From: Candidatus Eiseniibacteriota bacterium
GTDB lineage: Bacteria; Eisenbacteria; RBG-16-71-46
Assembly: GCA_963717505.1 (NCBI GenBank)
Contig: OY970342.1
Span: 3,328,001-3,392,000 of the forward strand
Direction of reading: 5' to 3'
DNA: 64,000 bases
The first letter of the stretch is position 1; each line of letters starts with the position of its first letter. The translations under genes were made by a program, and so were the position numbers. Of the stretch, positions 53,501 through 63,120 are shown piece after piece. The notes under the pieces were generated by a model, which saw nothing but the letters and a program-made list of their open reading frames with translations, ran no database searches and was not told the origin of the DNA.

Positions 53501-56283
53501 TAGGCGTGGCTCGCGAGCAGGGTGATCTGGAGCAGCACCTGGGCGCCTGCCGTCTTCAGCTCCGCCCACACGTCGTGCAGGTACACTCCCACCGGCTGTT
53601 GCGGGCGCGGTCCCCGCGCCAGGTGCACCAAGGGCGGAAGCAGCGGGAAGCCGATCACAGCCAGCACCGACAAGGTCCAGCCGAGTGGGGAGCCCGGGAG
53701 CCAGGTCCATGCCGAGACCAGCAGTGCCAGCAACGCCGGCGCCACGAGGCTACGGCGCAGGTTGTCGAGGATCTTCCAACGACTGATGAGCGGCAGGCGG
53801 CTGCGTTCCACGCCGTGGCGCGTCGGCAACAGTGGCAGAAGGTGGAGCAGGATCTGCCAGTCACCGCGCACCCACCGATGCTGGCGCCGCGAATGAGCCA
53901 GCACGCTCGATGGGAAGTCGTCCACGATCTCGACGTCCGACACCAGCGCGCAGCGCGCGAACAGCCCTTCGAACAGATCGTGCGAGAGCATCGCGTTCTC
54001 CGCGACGCGGCCCTCCAGCGCGGCGGTGAAAGCGTCGACGTCGTAGAGACCCTTGCCGGTGAAGATGCCTTCGCCGAACAGGTCCTGGTACGTGTCGGAC
54101 ACCGCGGTCGTGTAGGGATCGACCCCGGTGTGGCCGGAGTACGCCTGGGCGAACAGCGAGCCGGCGGCGCTCGCCATGGTGACGCTGACCCGCGGCTGAA
54201 GGATCCCGTAGCCCTCGACGACCCGCCGCAGCTTGGGGTCGAAGCGTGGGCGGTTGAGCGGATGCTCGCTCACGCCAATCAGTCGCCGCGCGACGTCACG
54301 GGGGAGTCGAGTGTCGCTGTCGAGCGTTATGCAATAGCGAATCTGCGGCAGAATCTCCGGAGCGCCGACCTGGACGGCGAACTCGCTGGCCGCGCCCCGC
54401 AACAGACGGTTGAACTGCTCGATCTTGCCGCGCTTGCGCTCCCAGCCCATCCACACGCCTTCTCCCGCGTTCCATTGGCGTGCGCGGTGGAACAGGTAGA
54501 ACCGGTCCGCCGTGCCGGGTGCGTAGCGCGCGTTGAGCGTTTCGACCCCGGCGACCATGGCGGCGAGCAGTTCGTCCTCCGCCGGGAGGTGCTCGGCGTC
54601 CGCGTCCGGGAAATCCGTGATCAACGCAAAGTGGATCCGTGGGTCCATGTTGCCGAGGGCGTGCACCTCGAGCCGCTCCATCAGTGTCCGAGCGCCTTCG
54701 ATCGACGAGACGATCGTGGGCACGATCACCATGGTGCGTGCCGACTCGGGGACGCCGCCGCGCAGGTCTAGTCGCGGCAACAACCTCGGCTTGGCGAGCC
54801 GGTGGACGACCCGGTGCATGAGCGCCGTCGCGAACTCACTCGCGGGAATGACCGCGAGTGCCCCCGCCCAGAATCCCATCCATAGCGGTGCTGCCGCCGC
54901 CGCCGCCGTTGCCAGGGCCGCCGCCACCCCAAGCCCCGTGACCAACGCAAGCGCACCGAGGTAGATGGGCGTGGCGTATTCGAAGACCATTTCCCCCAGG
55001 CGTCGTCTGAACGGAGGGTGGTGAGCCACGTCGTACTCGAGATCGCGACGACCGCCACCGATCAAGTGGTAGCCGACGTGCGCCGCCCTCGAATCGGCGC
55101 CGAGTTTCTCGGCCGCCTGGCGAGCGCTCTCGATTGCGCGCAGCGCCACCCTGACCTGCGCCTCACCGGTCGGATCCGACAGCGCCTCGACCGCGTGCCG
55201 GTAGCGATCACGACCGGCGAACTCCATGCGGCCATAGACGCCGGGAGGGTCGCGTTGGAGGATCTGCTCGATCAGACTGACGACCTCGACGTACTCGTTC
55301 CAGTCGAGTGTCGAGCACAACCGCAGGCTGGTGATGGAATTGCCCATCGAGACGTGGTTCATCGCCTGCCGCTGATGCCCGGCGCGCACGGCGTCCTCGA
55401 CTGTGGTGCCCGACGCGTCCAGGCGCTCCTCGAGCTGCCTGCGGAGCCGGGCCGCGCCGGCTCCGTGCTCACGCATGCGCTGCAACAGATGATCGACGAA
55501 CGCGACGTGGAGGACGTGAGGGAGCCGCGGGAGGCGGCCGTTGGGCTGCGCGGTCTCGAACTCGACGAACAATCGGTCGGCGTCGACGCGCCCGGCGCGG
55601 CTCTCGATCAATTCCTCGGACAACCGCCGCACGTGCTCGATCAGAGCGAACTTGAGCATGCTCGGCCACGCCCACAGCTCGCCGATGCTGAGCGGCGCGA
55701 CCGTCTGAAAGGCGACCATGAACCGTTGCAGTCGCTTGGAGTCGAGGCGCGCGTCGCTGTAGCGGAGCAGCTCCACGGCCATGGCGTAGACGCGCGCCGT
55801 GCCGGCGAGCTCGCGGGTCGCCAGCTTCGGAAGCTCGCGGTAATAGCGAGTCGGAAGGTGGTGCCAGATCTCGCGCATCTCCGCTTCGATCAGGTGAAAG
55901 TTGTCGAGCAGCCATTCGGCGGCGGGCGGGATCGGCTCGCCACGCCGCACGTCACCGGCGAAGAGTCCATACGCGCGACGGAGCACGCGGGCGTGATCCG
56001 CCAGGCGGCGCAGCAACCGGGGTGGGCCTCGCCGCGGGTTGCGCGACAGCGTGAATTGGGCGGCCAGCGCCCGGGCGCGTTCTTCGAGGCGCTCGACGCC
56101 CAGGAGCTCGCCGTGCAGGGGGCTGGTATCGAGGCCAATCACCGGGGGGCGCGCCTCGCCCGACGGATTCGCAGGGGACGAGGTGATTCGTCGTTTCGGC
56201 GGCAGCTTGAGTCCTTTCGGACTGGAGGCTCGTGGCCCGAGCCGGCAGACGACGCAGTGTAGCAGGGATGGGACGTACGACAT
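47557..56283 (-). CDS. ndvB: Cyclic beta-1,2-glucan synthase with C-terminal GH94 phosphorylase domain (three frameshifts near 51195, 50458 and 50285)
   Basis: [65 protein letters not shown], then [31 protein letters not shown]; possible CTG start at 56205 after SD AAAGGA. Confidence 0.9.
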
Positions 56284-56379
56284 CGCCGCCGGTCATCCGA
56301 TCCGACGCGCTGGATCCAAAGGAGCGCCAATAGCTGGACCCGCCGCTATGATGACGCGGGACCACCGAATCGAGGCTCG

Positions 56380-57204
56380 ATGAGCACCACACTCCCTGTC
56401 GGATACTGTTTCCAGTCCACGCTCCGAAGCCGCGAGGTGGCAGGGCTACGCCTACTCGAGTCCCGCTATCACCCGGACCAGCGCTCGGCCCCGCATGTGC
56501 ACGCGGCCGCCAGTTTCTGCCTGGTGCTTCAGGGCGGATTTGCGCACACGCATCGTGGCGAGACGCTCTCCTGTGAACCCAGGAACCTGCTGTTCTACCG
56601 GCCGGGGGAGCCGCACGCCGAAAGTTTTCGGGCCGAGGGCGCCAGTTGTTTCATCATCGAGCTCTCCGCCTCGTGGCTGGCTCGCCTATCGGAGCTCGAC
56701 CGCGGCGAGTGTCGCTCCGCATCGCTGGTGCCGGGTCCTGCCTCGAACCTCGCCTGGCGCGTCTATCAGGAGCTGCGTGAGCCGGATCCGTTCGCCCCAT
56801 TGATCATCGAGGGCCTCACGCTGGAGCTTCTGGGTGAGGTTTTGCGCCACTCCACTTCCTCGCGACCCCGTACGCGGAAACCGACCGACATGGATCGCGC
56901 CCGCAAGCTGATCGATGGCGCGGCCCCAGGTTCGATCACCCTCACGACGGTGGCCGCGGCGCTGGGCATGCACCCGGTCCACGTGGCCTACGCGTTCCGA
57001 CGCGCCCATGGTTGCTCGGTCGGACAGTACGCGCGCCGGCTCAGGCTCGAGCAGGCCTGTCGGCGACTCGCGACCTCGCGCGCACCTCTCGGCGAGATCG
57101 CGACCGACTCGGGCTTCTACGACCAGAGTCACATGACCCGCGAGTTCCGACGCGCCCTGCGCACCACTCCCGCTCGCTATCGTGCGGCGGTCAGAGGCCG
57201 ATAG
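56380..57204 (+). CDS. AraC family transcriptional regulator
   Basis: N-terminal cupin (PHVH), C-terminal HTH with GFYDQSHMTREF. Confidence 0.92.
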   Translation: MSTTLPVGYCFQSTLRSREVAGLRLLESRYHPDQRSAPHVHAAASFCLVLQGGFAHTHRGETLSCEPRNLLFYRPGEPHAESFRAEGASCFIIELSASWLARLSELDRGECRSASLVPGPASNLAWRVYQELREPDPFAPLIIEGLTLELLGEVLRHSTSSRPRTRKPTDMDRARKLIDGAAPGSITLTTVAAALGMHPVHVAYAFRRAHGCSVGQYARRLRLEQACRRLATSRAPLGEIATDSGFYDQSHMTREFRRALRTTPARYRAAVRGR

Positions 57205-57292
57205 CCCGCGCTCGTCGTCGTCGACGGTGGGCCGTACCAGAACCTTTCGTCCGTCCAAGACTCGGGCGCCGCACTCCGCGTAGTGTCGCTCC

Positions 57293-58495
57293 ATGCGAAT
57301 GACCATCGCTCTGCTCTTGATGGCGGCCACCGCGCTCCTCGCGGCCGAAGCGAACGAGCCGCCCTCCGACGTCCGCTTCGAATTCGACGGCCACGTCGCG
57401 CGCATCCCGATCGACACCCGCATCGCCCACATCTACTTCCGCGGGCACCTCAACGACTCGAGCGCCGTGTGGCTCACCCTCGATACCGGGGCGTATGCGA
57501 ACGTGATCGACGAGGAATACGCGCGCGCCCTGGGCGTCCCGTTGCTCGAGGGACAGCGCCTCTTCGGGGCGAACGGGTCCACCGAATCCGCCACCGTGCG
57601 TGGGCTGAGCATCGACCTTCCCGGAGTCCGCATGGAGAACCAATCGTTCACCACGACGCCGCTCCAGTTCTTGTCCCCGCCGACCGGGCTCGATGTGAAG
57701 GCGATCCTGGGTTACGACGTCTTCACTCGCTTCATCGTCGAGATCGACTACGCGGGCGGAGAGATGCGTCTCCACGACCCCGACCACTACCGGTATCGGG
57801 GGAAGGGCGCCAGCGTTCCCATCACGCTGCGCGAGAACCATCCCTACGTGCGAGCCAAGATCAAGATGCCGAATGGTTCCATGGTCGAGGGTGAGTTCGT
57901 GATCGACGCCGGGAGCGGGGCCACCTTGATGCTGGCGGCCGATTTCGCGGCCGCCCATGGCCTGCCCGAGAGTCTCGAGCACAAACTCCAGGGCCGCGGT
58001 GCGGGCGTCGGAGGCGAGTTGAAGACGCAGGCGGCGCGGCTCCCCGGTCTGCGCCTTGGCCCTTACCAGCTGGACGACCCCGTGGTGTTCTTCCCGGCCG
58101 CCGAGATCACCGCGCCTGGCACAGCGGGCAACATCGGGGGTGGGCTGCTACGCCGCTTCGTGGTGACCTTCGACTATCGGCGGATGCGCATGATCCTCGA
58201 GCCCAACGCCGCCTTCACGGAAAAGGAGGAGGTCGACATGAGCGGGCTCGCCCTGTCCGCCGCCGGCCCGGAGTGGACCATGGTCCGCGTCGATCGCGTC
58301 CGCCCCAAGTCACCCGGCGATGAAGCGGGCGTCAAGCCCGGTGACATCCTCGAGCTCATCGATGATCGTCCCGCCACAACACTCGGCCTCGATTCGCTCC
58401 AGACTTTGTTCCGCCGGGAGCGGTCGTACGACCTCGTCGTACGCCGGGACGATCGCCGCGTGCCCGTGACGATCCGGACCCGCCGCCAGCTCTAA
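57293..58495 (+). CDS. Secreted retropepsin-like aspartyl protease (two lobes) with PDZ domain
   Basis: LDTGA and IDAGS motifs, ILGYD, GNIGG, C-terminal SPGDEAGVKPGD PDZ. Confidence 0.88.
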   Translation: MRMTIALLLMAATALLAAEANEPPSDVRFEFDGHVARIPIDTRIAHIYFRGHLNDSSAVWLTLDTGAYANVIDEEYARALGVPLLEGQRLFGANGSTESATVRGLSIDLPGVRMENQSFTTTPLQFLSPPTGLDVKAILGYDVFTRFIVEIDYAGGEMRLHDPDHYRYRGKGASVPITLRENHPYVRAKIKMPNGSMVEGEFVIDAGSGATLMLAADFAAAHGLPESLEHKLQGRGAGVGGELKTQAARLPGLRLGPYQLDDPVVFFPAAEITAPGTAGNIGGGLLRRFVVTFDYRRMRMILEPNAAFTEKEEVDMSGLALSAAGPEWTMVRVDRVRPKSPGDEAGVKPGDILELIDDRPATTLGLDSLQTLFRRERSYDLVVRRDDRRVPVTIRTRRQL

Positions 58496-58543
58496 GGGGA
58501 GCGCTCCCGGTCGGCTCCCGAGTGGCGTGTACTATGTGCGCGT

Positions 58544-59209
58544 ATGCCGGAACTGACGAAGCGTTTGGCGTGGGTCGCGGCGTACGCCGTGGCCATGGCC
58601 CTCGTGGAAGCGGCGGTGGTGGTCTACCTGCGGGCACTCGTGCCCGCGGAGGGACCGCTCGCAGCGCTGCAGACGGGGCTGCCGCAGCGAATCATCGTCA
58701 TCGAGGTGGTCCGCGAGGCGGCGACGATCGTGATGCTGTTGGCGGTAGCGCTCCTGGCGGGCCACGGCTCGTGGCAGCGGTTCCTCTACTTCGCCCTGAT
58801 GTTCGGCATATGGGACATCTTCTACTACGTGTGGCTCCGGGTCTTCATCGGCTGGCCCGAATCTCTGCTCACGTGGGACGTCTTGTTCCTCATTCCGGTG
58901 CCCTGGATCTCGCCCGTCCTGGCGCCGATCCTGGTGAGCGTCGGACTGGTAACGGGCGCGCTCTGGCTGCTCGTTCGGCAGTCCCGGGACCCGTCGGCCA
59001 ATGGCCTCCGCCCGTACGCGTGGATCATCTCGGCGGCGGGCGCGACGCTGATCCTGCTGTCGTTCACGCTCGGTGCGCGTGCGGTGCTGACCGAGGGCGC
59101 ACCACCCGACTTCCGCTGGGGCCTCTTCGCAACCGGCATGGCCATGGGCGTCGCCGCGCTCGTGACCAGCGTGCGCAAGCCCACGCCGGTGAAGACCGAC
59201 AGGCATTGA
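58544..59209 (+). CDS. Conserved hypothetical membrane protein
   Basis: EAAVVVYLR, REAAT, WDIFYY, WDVLFLIPVPW; about six TM helices. Confidence 0.8.
   Translation: MPELTKRLAWVAAYAVAMALVEAAVVVYLRALVPAEGPLAALQTGLPQRIIVIEVVREAATIVMLLAVALLAGHGSWQRFLYFALMFGIWDIFYYVWLRVFIGWPESLLTWDVLFLIPVPWISPVLAPILVSVGLVTGALWLLVRQSRDPSANGLRPYAWIISAAGATLILLSFTLGARAVLTEGAPPDFRWGLFATGMAMGVAALVTSVRKPTPVKTDRH
59171..59189. repeat. 19-bp direct repeat, left copy
   Basis: GTGCGCAAGCCCACGCCGG, identical to 63089-63107. Confidence 0.8.
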
Positions 59210-59265
59210 CACGGTCTCGTAGCCTTCGGATTGACCCTCATCGAGACCGAGCAACCCGCCAGTAG

Positions 59266-59306
59266 TGTCATGGACCCTTGACAGCCTGTCAACGTCGCTT
59301 TACAGT
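59266..59306 (+). promoter_or_regulatory. Sigma70 promoter overlapped by two 18-bp XRE-type operators
   Basis: TTGACA(59278)-N17-TACAGT(59301); palindromes TGTCATGGACCCTTGACA (59266) and TGTCAACGTCGCTTTACA (59287). Confidence 0.75.
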
Positions 59307-59333
59307 CTCGTTCCTCGAGATTGGAGTGCGTGC

Positions 59334-59727
59334 GTGGAGAGGAAGAGTCCTTTTCGGTGTTTTGACCGACAATTCGTGATCGAGGCGGCCATCGTCTCCG
59401 CCGTCGTCATTGGGCTCGCTCTGGTCGGGAAGCGCTTCGAACCCGGTTCGCCAGCGCGGCTCGCGACGGCGATGCTCGAGATCTGCGGGATTCGCGTTTT
59501 TGATTGGCCGCACGCTGCTGGCGGTACGTAGGCTCGACGAGCTCCAGCAGCGCATCCACCTGATCGCGATCGCATTGTCGTTCGGACTGACGGCTGTCGT
59601 CGTGACGGGGGTCGAGTTCGTGAGCCGGGCCGGTGTGACAATCCCGCCGGCCGGGCTCTGGATCTGGGGACTGATGGCGGTGACCTGGGGTATCGGCGTG
59701 GCCGTCCTGGCCCGCCGCTACCGATGA
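59334..59727 (+). CDS. Membrane protein associated with XRE regulator (one frameshift near 59483)
   Basis: GTG after SD GGAG; TM helices continue in a second frame with LDELQQRIHL; stop overlaps the XRE ATG. Confidence 0.65.
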
Positions 59728-59921
59728 AGAACCGGGTGAGCGACCTGAGGGCGCAGCGCGGGTGGTCGCAGGGCCAGCTGGGCGAACAGCTCGAGGTCTC
59801 GCGCCAGACGGTGAACGCGATCGAGACGGGCAAATACAACCCGAGTCTGCCGCTCGCGTTCCGCATCGCGCGGCTCTTCGGAAAGCGGATCGAGGAGATC
59901 TTCGATCCGGGGCGTGGCTGA
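59724..59921 (+). CDS. XRE/Cro family HTH transcriptional regulator
   Basis: MKNRV..LR..WSQ..L..VSRQTVNAIETGKYNPSLPLAF. Confidence 0.95.
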   Translation: MKNRVSDLRAQRGWSQGQLGEQLEVSRQTVNAIETGKYNPSLPLAFRIARLFGKRIEEIFDPGRG

Positions 59922-59940
59922 TCGAAGGGAGGTCGATTGC

Positions 59941-60297
59941 ATGGAAGGCCCGAAAGCATTTCGCGATTCCGCCCGACGAAATCCGGCGACGAGTCGCGTC
60001 GTGATTCGCTATTGCAAGGTGTGACTCTCCGCGATTCCGTCCGCCCGTGTGGCGGCTCGGGTCCGGAGCGACCTCGGGATCGAGGTCGTTGAGGAATCTG
60101 GCGACTACGGGGAGTTCACCGTGCTCGTCGATGGACGACCCGTCCGGCGAGGGAACACGCTCGCCACCGTCTTCGCCTTATTGCCGCCGACCGAGGAGAT
60201 CGTCGCCCTGATCCGGGAACGGCTCCAGGACTCTACCGACCCGCCGCCGAAGGTGACCGGCGCGCGAAGCGGAACTCGGCTTCGAGCGCCGCGCTGA
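59941..60297 (+). CDS. Rdx/SelW-like selenoprotein (CxxU; TGA 60022-60024 read as Sec)
   Basis: SD GGGAGG and ATG 59941; VVIRYCKV-TGA in frame with GDYGEFTVLVDG (Rdx-type G.FEV.VDG); SECIS-like hairpin 60027-60068. Confidence 0.75.
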
Positions 60298-61879
60298 CCT
60301 TGGCATCCCTGCCGTAGATGTCGCGGCGGAATTGGAGTTCGCCGGAGGCACGGACCCAGGCGGTCCAGTAGGTGAGGAGCACCGGAACGCGGGGCTTGAG
60401 CGTCACGGTACGGCTCTCGCCATCCGCGATGGTGCGGTCGATCGTCTTGCGGCTCCAATTGGATTGTCCGTCGAGCAGCAGCTCTGCGAGCTTCAGCGGA
60501 TCCTCGACGCGGATGCAGCCCGAACTGAACGCGCGGTCGTCCGAGTCGAACAGGTTCCGGCTCGGCGTGTCGTGCAGGTAGACGTTGTGCTCGTTCGGGA
60601 ACATGAACTTCACGCGGCCCAGCGCGTTGGTCGGGCCTGGATCCTGGCGGACGGTGTACGGGAACGAGCGCGCCGACCAGTCCACGTCCGCGGGCGACAC
60701 CTCGTTGCCGGATCGGTCGTAAACCTTGAGCCCCTTCCGCTCCAATGTGCCGCTGTCGCGACGCTGATCGGGAATGATGTCGTTTCTCAGGATGCCGGGC
60801 GGCACGGTCCACGTGGGATTGAACACCAGATAGGAAATCTCAGACCTGAACATCGGTGTCGCCCGGTAGGGCTTACCGACCTGCACCTTCGTATCCCATA
60901 CGATCGCACCGTCCCTGACGAACACCAGACGGTACCCGGCCACGTTGACGGCCACGAACGTCTCGCCGATGTCGTGCAGGAGCCAGCGACCTCGCTCCAG
61001 GTTGACGCGGATCTGCTCGATCCGTTGCTCGACCGGGACGTTGAGTTCTTCCAGCGTGCGCGCTCCCACGGCGCCATCCTCGGCAAGCCCGTGCCGGGCC
61101 TGGAACCGCCGAACCGCAGCCGCGAGCGCCTCGTCGTACACTTCCGACGCCTCGGAAGTCTCGGCGTCTGTGCTCGTCAGATCCTCGGTGGCCGCGAGGC
61201 GCGCGCGCAGCACCGGAACGCGCACGTCCGAGGCACCCGGCTTGAGCGGTGCGCCCGCGGGTACGCGCGGCCAGCCCCCGGCGTCACGGAGCGCGCGGTA
61301 GCGGGCCAGTGCGGCGCGCAGCCCGACATAGATCGGGTGCGTCGGCTTTTCGTTCTCGAGTCGCGCGGCCAGGTCGGGTGCAGCGAGCAGGTTCTCGATC
61401 TCGCGCACCGCGTCGAATCCCTGGATCACACGCTCGTAGTTCCAGTTGGGATCGAAGCTCGCGGGATCCACCTTGCCGAACAGGATGTGGTAGCCGAGAC
61501 GGATCAGCGCGTCGGTGCGGACCAGGTCCAGGCCGATCTCGTCTTCAGTCTTCGATCGCGCCGCCGCCTCGAGGACATCCCGGTGATAGTCCGACGGATC
61601 CAATCCGTCCCGCTCGGAATCCCGGATCGCCCGGAGCAGTGCTTCCGCCCGTGCGCGGTCGCTCCACGCCGGCCGGAAGTTGCGGCTCTCGTAGAACGCG
61701 GGCAGGAGGCTGGTCGCGGCAATCGTCTGGCCGAGCGCCTCGCGCGTGACGCCGGTCCGGATCTCCTCGACCCGCGCGCGAAACACCTCGACCTCCGACG
61801 CCTCGTCGGCGCGAGCCCGCGAGCCCGCGCCCGCGAGCCCCATGCTCGTAAGCAGCGCGATGGCGAGGAAAGTGCGCAT
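60233..61879 (-). CDS. L,D-transpeptidase (YcbB/LdtD type) with peptidoglycan-binding domain
   Basis: AVRRFQARHGL..DG.VG, NLERGRW, FNPTWTVP, NALGRVKFMFPN..VYLHDTP..FSSGCIRV. Confidence 0.92.
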   Translation of the reverse strand: MRTFLAIALLTSMGLAGAGSRARADEASEVEVFRARVEEIRTGVTREALGQTIAATSLLPAFYESRNFRPAWSDRARAEALLRAIRDSERDGLDPSDYHRDVLEAAARSKTEDEIGLDLVRTDALIRLGYHILFGKVDPASFDPNWNYERVIQGFDAVREIENLLAAPDLAARLENEKPTHPIYVGLRAALARYRALRDAGGWPRVPAGAPLKPGASDVRVPVLRARLAATEDLTSTDAETSEASEVYDEALAAAVRRFQARHGLAEDGAVGARTLEELNVPVEQRIEQIRVNLERGRWLLHDIGETFVAVNVAGYRLVFVRDGAIVWDTKVQVGKPYRATPMFRSEISYLVFNPTWTVPPGILRNDIIPDQRRDSGTLERKGLKVYDRSGNEVSPADVDWSARSFPYTVRQDPGPTNALGRVKFMFPNEHNVYLHDTPSRNLFDSDDRAFSSGCIRVEDPLKLAELLLDGQSNWSRKTIDRTIADGESRTVTLKPRVPVLLTYWTAWVRASGELQFRRDIYGRDAKVSAALEAEFRFARRSPSAAGR

Positions 61880-61890
61880 GATCGCTCCGG

Positions 61891-62123
61891 TCACCCCAGC
61901 AGGTAGTCCAGGTCCTTCTGGCTCAAGGCGCGCGCGAAGCCATCCTCACCGAGCACATCTGCAACCAGCGCCGCCTTGATCCCGCGCGACTTCATGCTGG
62001 CCGCGAGCAGCCGCAGCAAGTGGGGGGGGCAGCGTCGGGGCGGTCGTAGCGCGCCGCGAATGTCGCGCGACGGCCGAGGTAGCCGGGATTCACGAACTGC
62101 ATGATACTCCAGAGATCGGCCCG
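61891..62123 (-). pseudogene. Deleted remnant of a second SNF2 helicase 3' end
   Basis: Three collinear fragments match 63108-63208, 63496-63514 and 63895-64000 of the intact gene. Confidence 0.85.
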
Positions 62124-62237
62124 TACAATGTCCTTCGATCGCCGACGGTGAAGCTGCGCTTTGTCATGGTCCGAAACTCGGAGCCGTGCTCCGTGCCGGC
62201 CGTGTGGGCTCGTGCAGGCTTCAGCAAGGGAACAACC

Positions 62238-63071
62238 ATGCATGCAGGTCGAGCAATCGCACCTCCGGAGCAACACCTTCGGCTCGTCATCCTTGCTCTT
62301 CTCATTCTTCTTGCGGCCGGATGCTCGAGACAAGAGGGAGGGCGTGCCGGCCACGCGCCTGATTCGGCCATCGCACAAGTCGTGCCCGGCTACCTCAATC
62401 CCGCTGATGTGCCTCACCAATCGCCGTCGCAGCCTGATGGTCCGCAAGTGGGCAGGACCGATCCAATCATGAATGCAGCCGCGCCAAGAGTCTCTGAGTG
62501 GGTCACGATGTGGCGCTCGGCGCTCCCCAGGTTCGAGGCTGACTCCATGTGGGCTACGGGCCAGCGACGGTGGAGGCCCGTCTACGTGAGGAAGCTCGAA
62601 CGCGCCATCGACAACCAGAGCATTGATGGAGAGATCGCTTTCCAAGTCCTCGGCCTGCCATCACCCGGAGGACGTCATGTGCTCGACGTGGACTGGTATC
62701 AGTCGATTCAGCTACAGGGAGACACGCTCGAGGTCGGTGGCGAGCCGGACTCACAGCCCACGCTAATCGATCGCCGCACGAGCCTCGAGGCCGTCCTCGA
62801 AGCGTGCGGAACCTCTTGCGGATTCCACTGGGGAAAGTGGCTTTCGCCGACGAGCTTTGCCCTCGGTGGCTGGCGCGACGCGGACGACTTTGGGCAGTGG
62901 AAGCAGGGTTCGCTCTCGATCTACTCACTTCAGGACTCCAGCGTTGTCACCTACGAGACGCGTGTCGTCTCGGCCGACGACTACGCACGTTACATGGGCG
63001 CCTGGAAGGCCTGGCTCATGACGAGGTACGAGGCCTTAAGTGTATCCCGCTCACGAACAGGACCTAGCTAG
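62238..63071 (+). CDS. Hypothetical lipoprotein
   Basis: SD AAGGGA, ATG 62238, LILLAAGC lipobox; GGEPDS and CGTSCGFHW motifs. Confidence 0.65.
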   Translation: MHAGRAIAPPEQHLRLVILALLILLAAGCSRQEGGRAGHAPDSAIAQVVPGYLNPADVPHQSPSQPDGPQVGRTDPIMNAAAPRVSEWVTMWRSALPRFEADSMWATGQRRWRPVYVRKLERAIDNQSIDGEIAFQVLGLPSPGGRHVLDVDWYQSIQLQGDTLEVGGEPDSQPTLIDRRTSLEAVLEACGTSCGFHWGKWLSPTSFALGGWRDADDFGQWKQGSLSIYSLQDSSVVTYETRVVSADDYARYMGAWKAWLMTRYEALSVSRSRTGPS

Positions 63072-63088
63072 AGGCAGGGGGAGCTCCA

Positions 63089-63107
63089 GTGCGCAAGCCC
63101 ACGCCGG
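63089..63107. repeat. 19-bp direct repeat, right copy
   Basis: GTGCGCAAGCCCACGCCGG, identical to 59171-59189. Confidence 0.8.
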
Positions 63108-63120
63108 ATGATCGCCCCGG

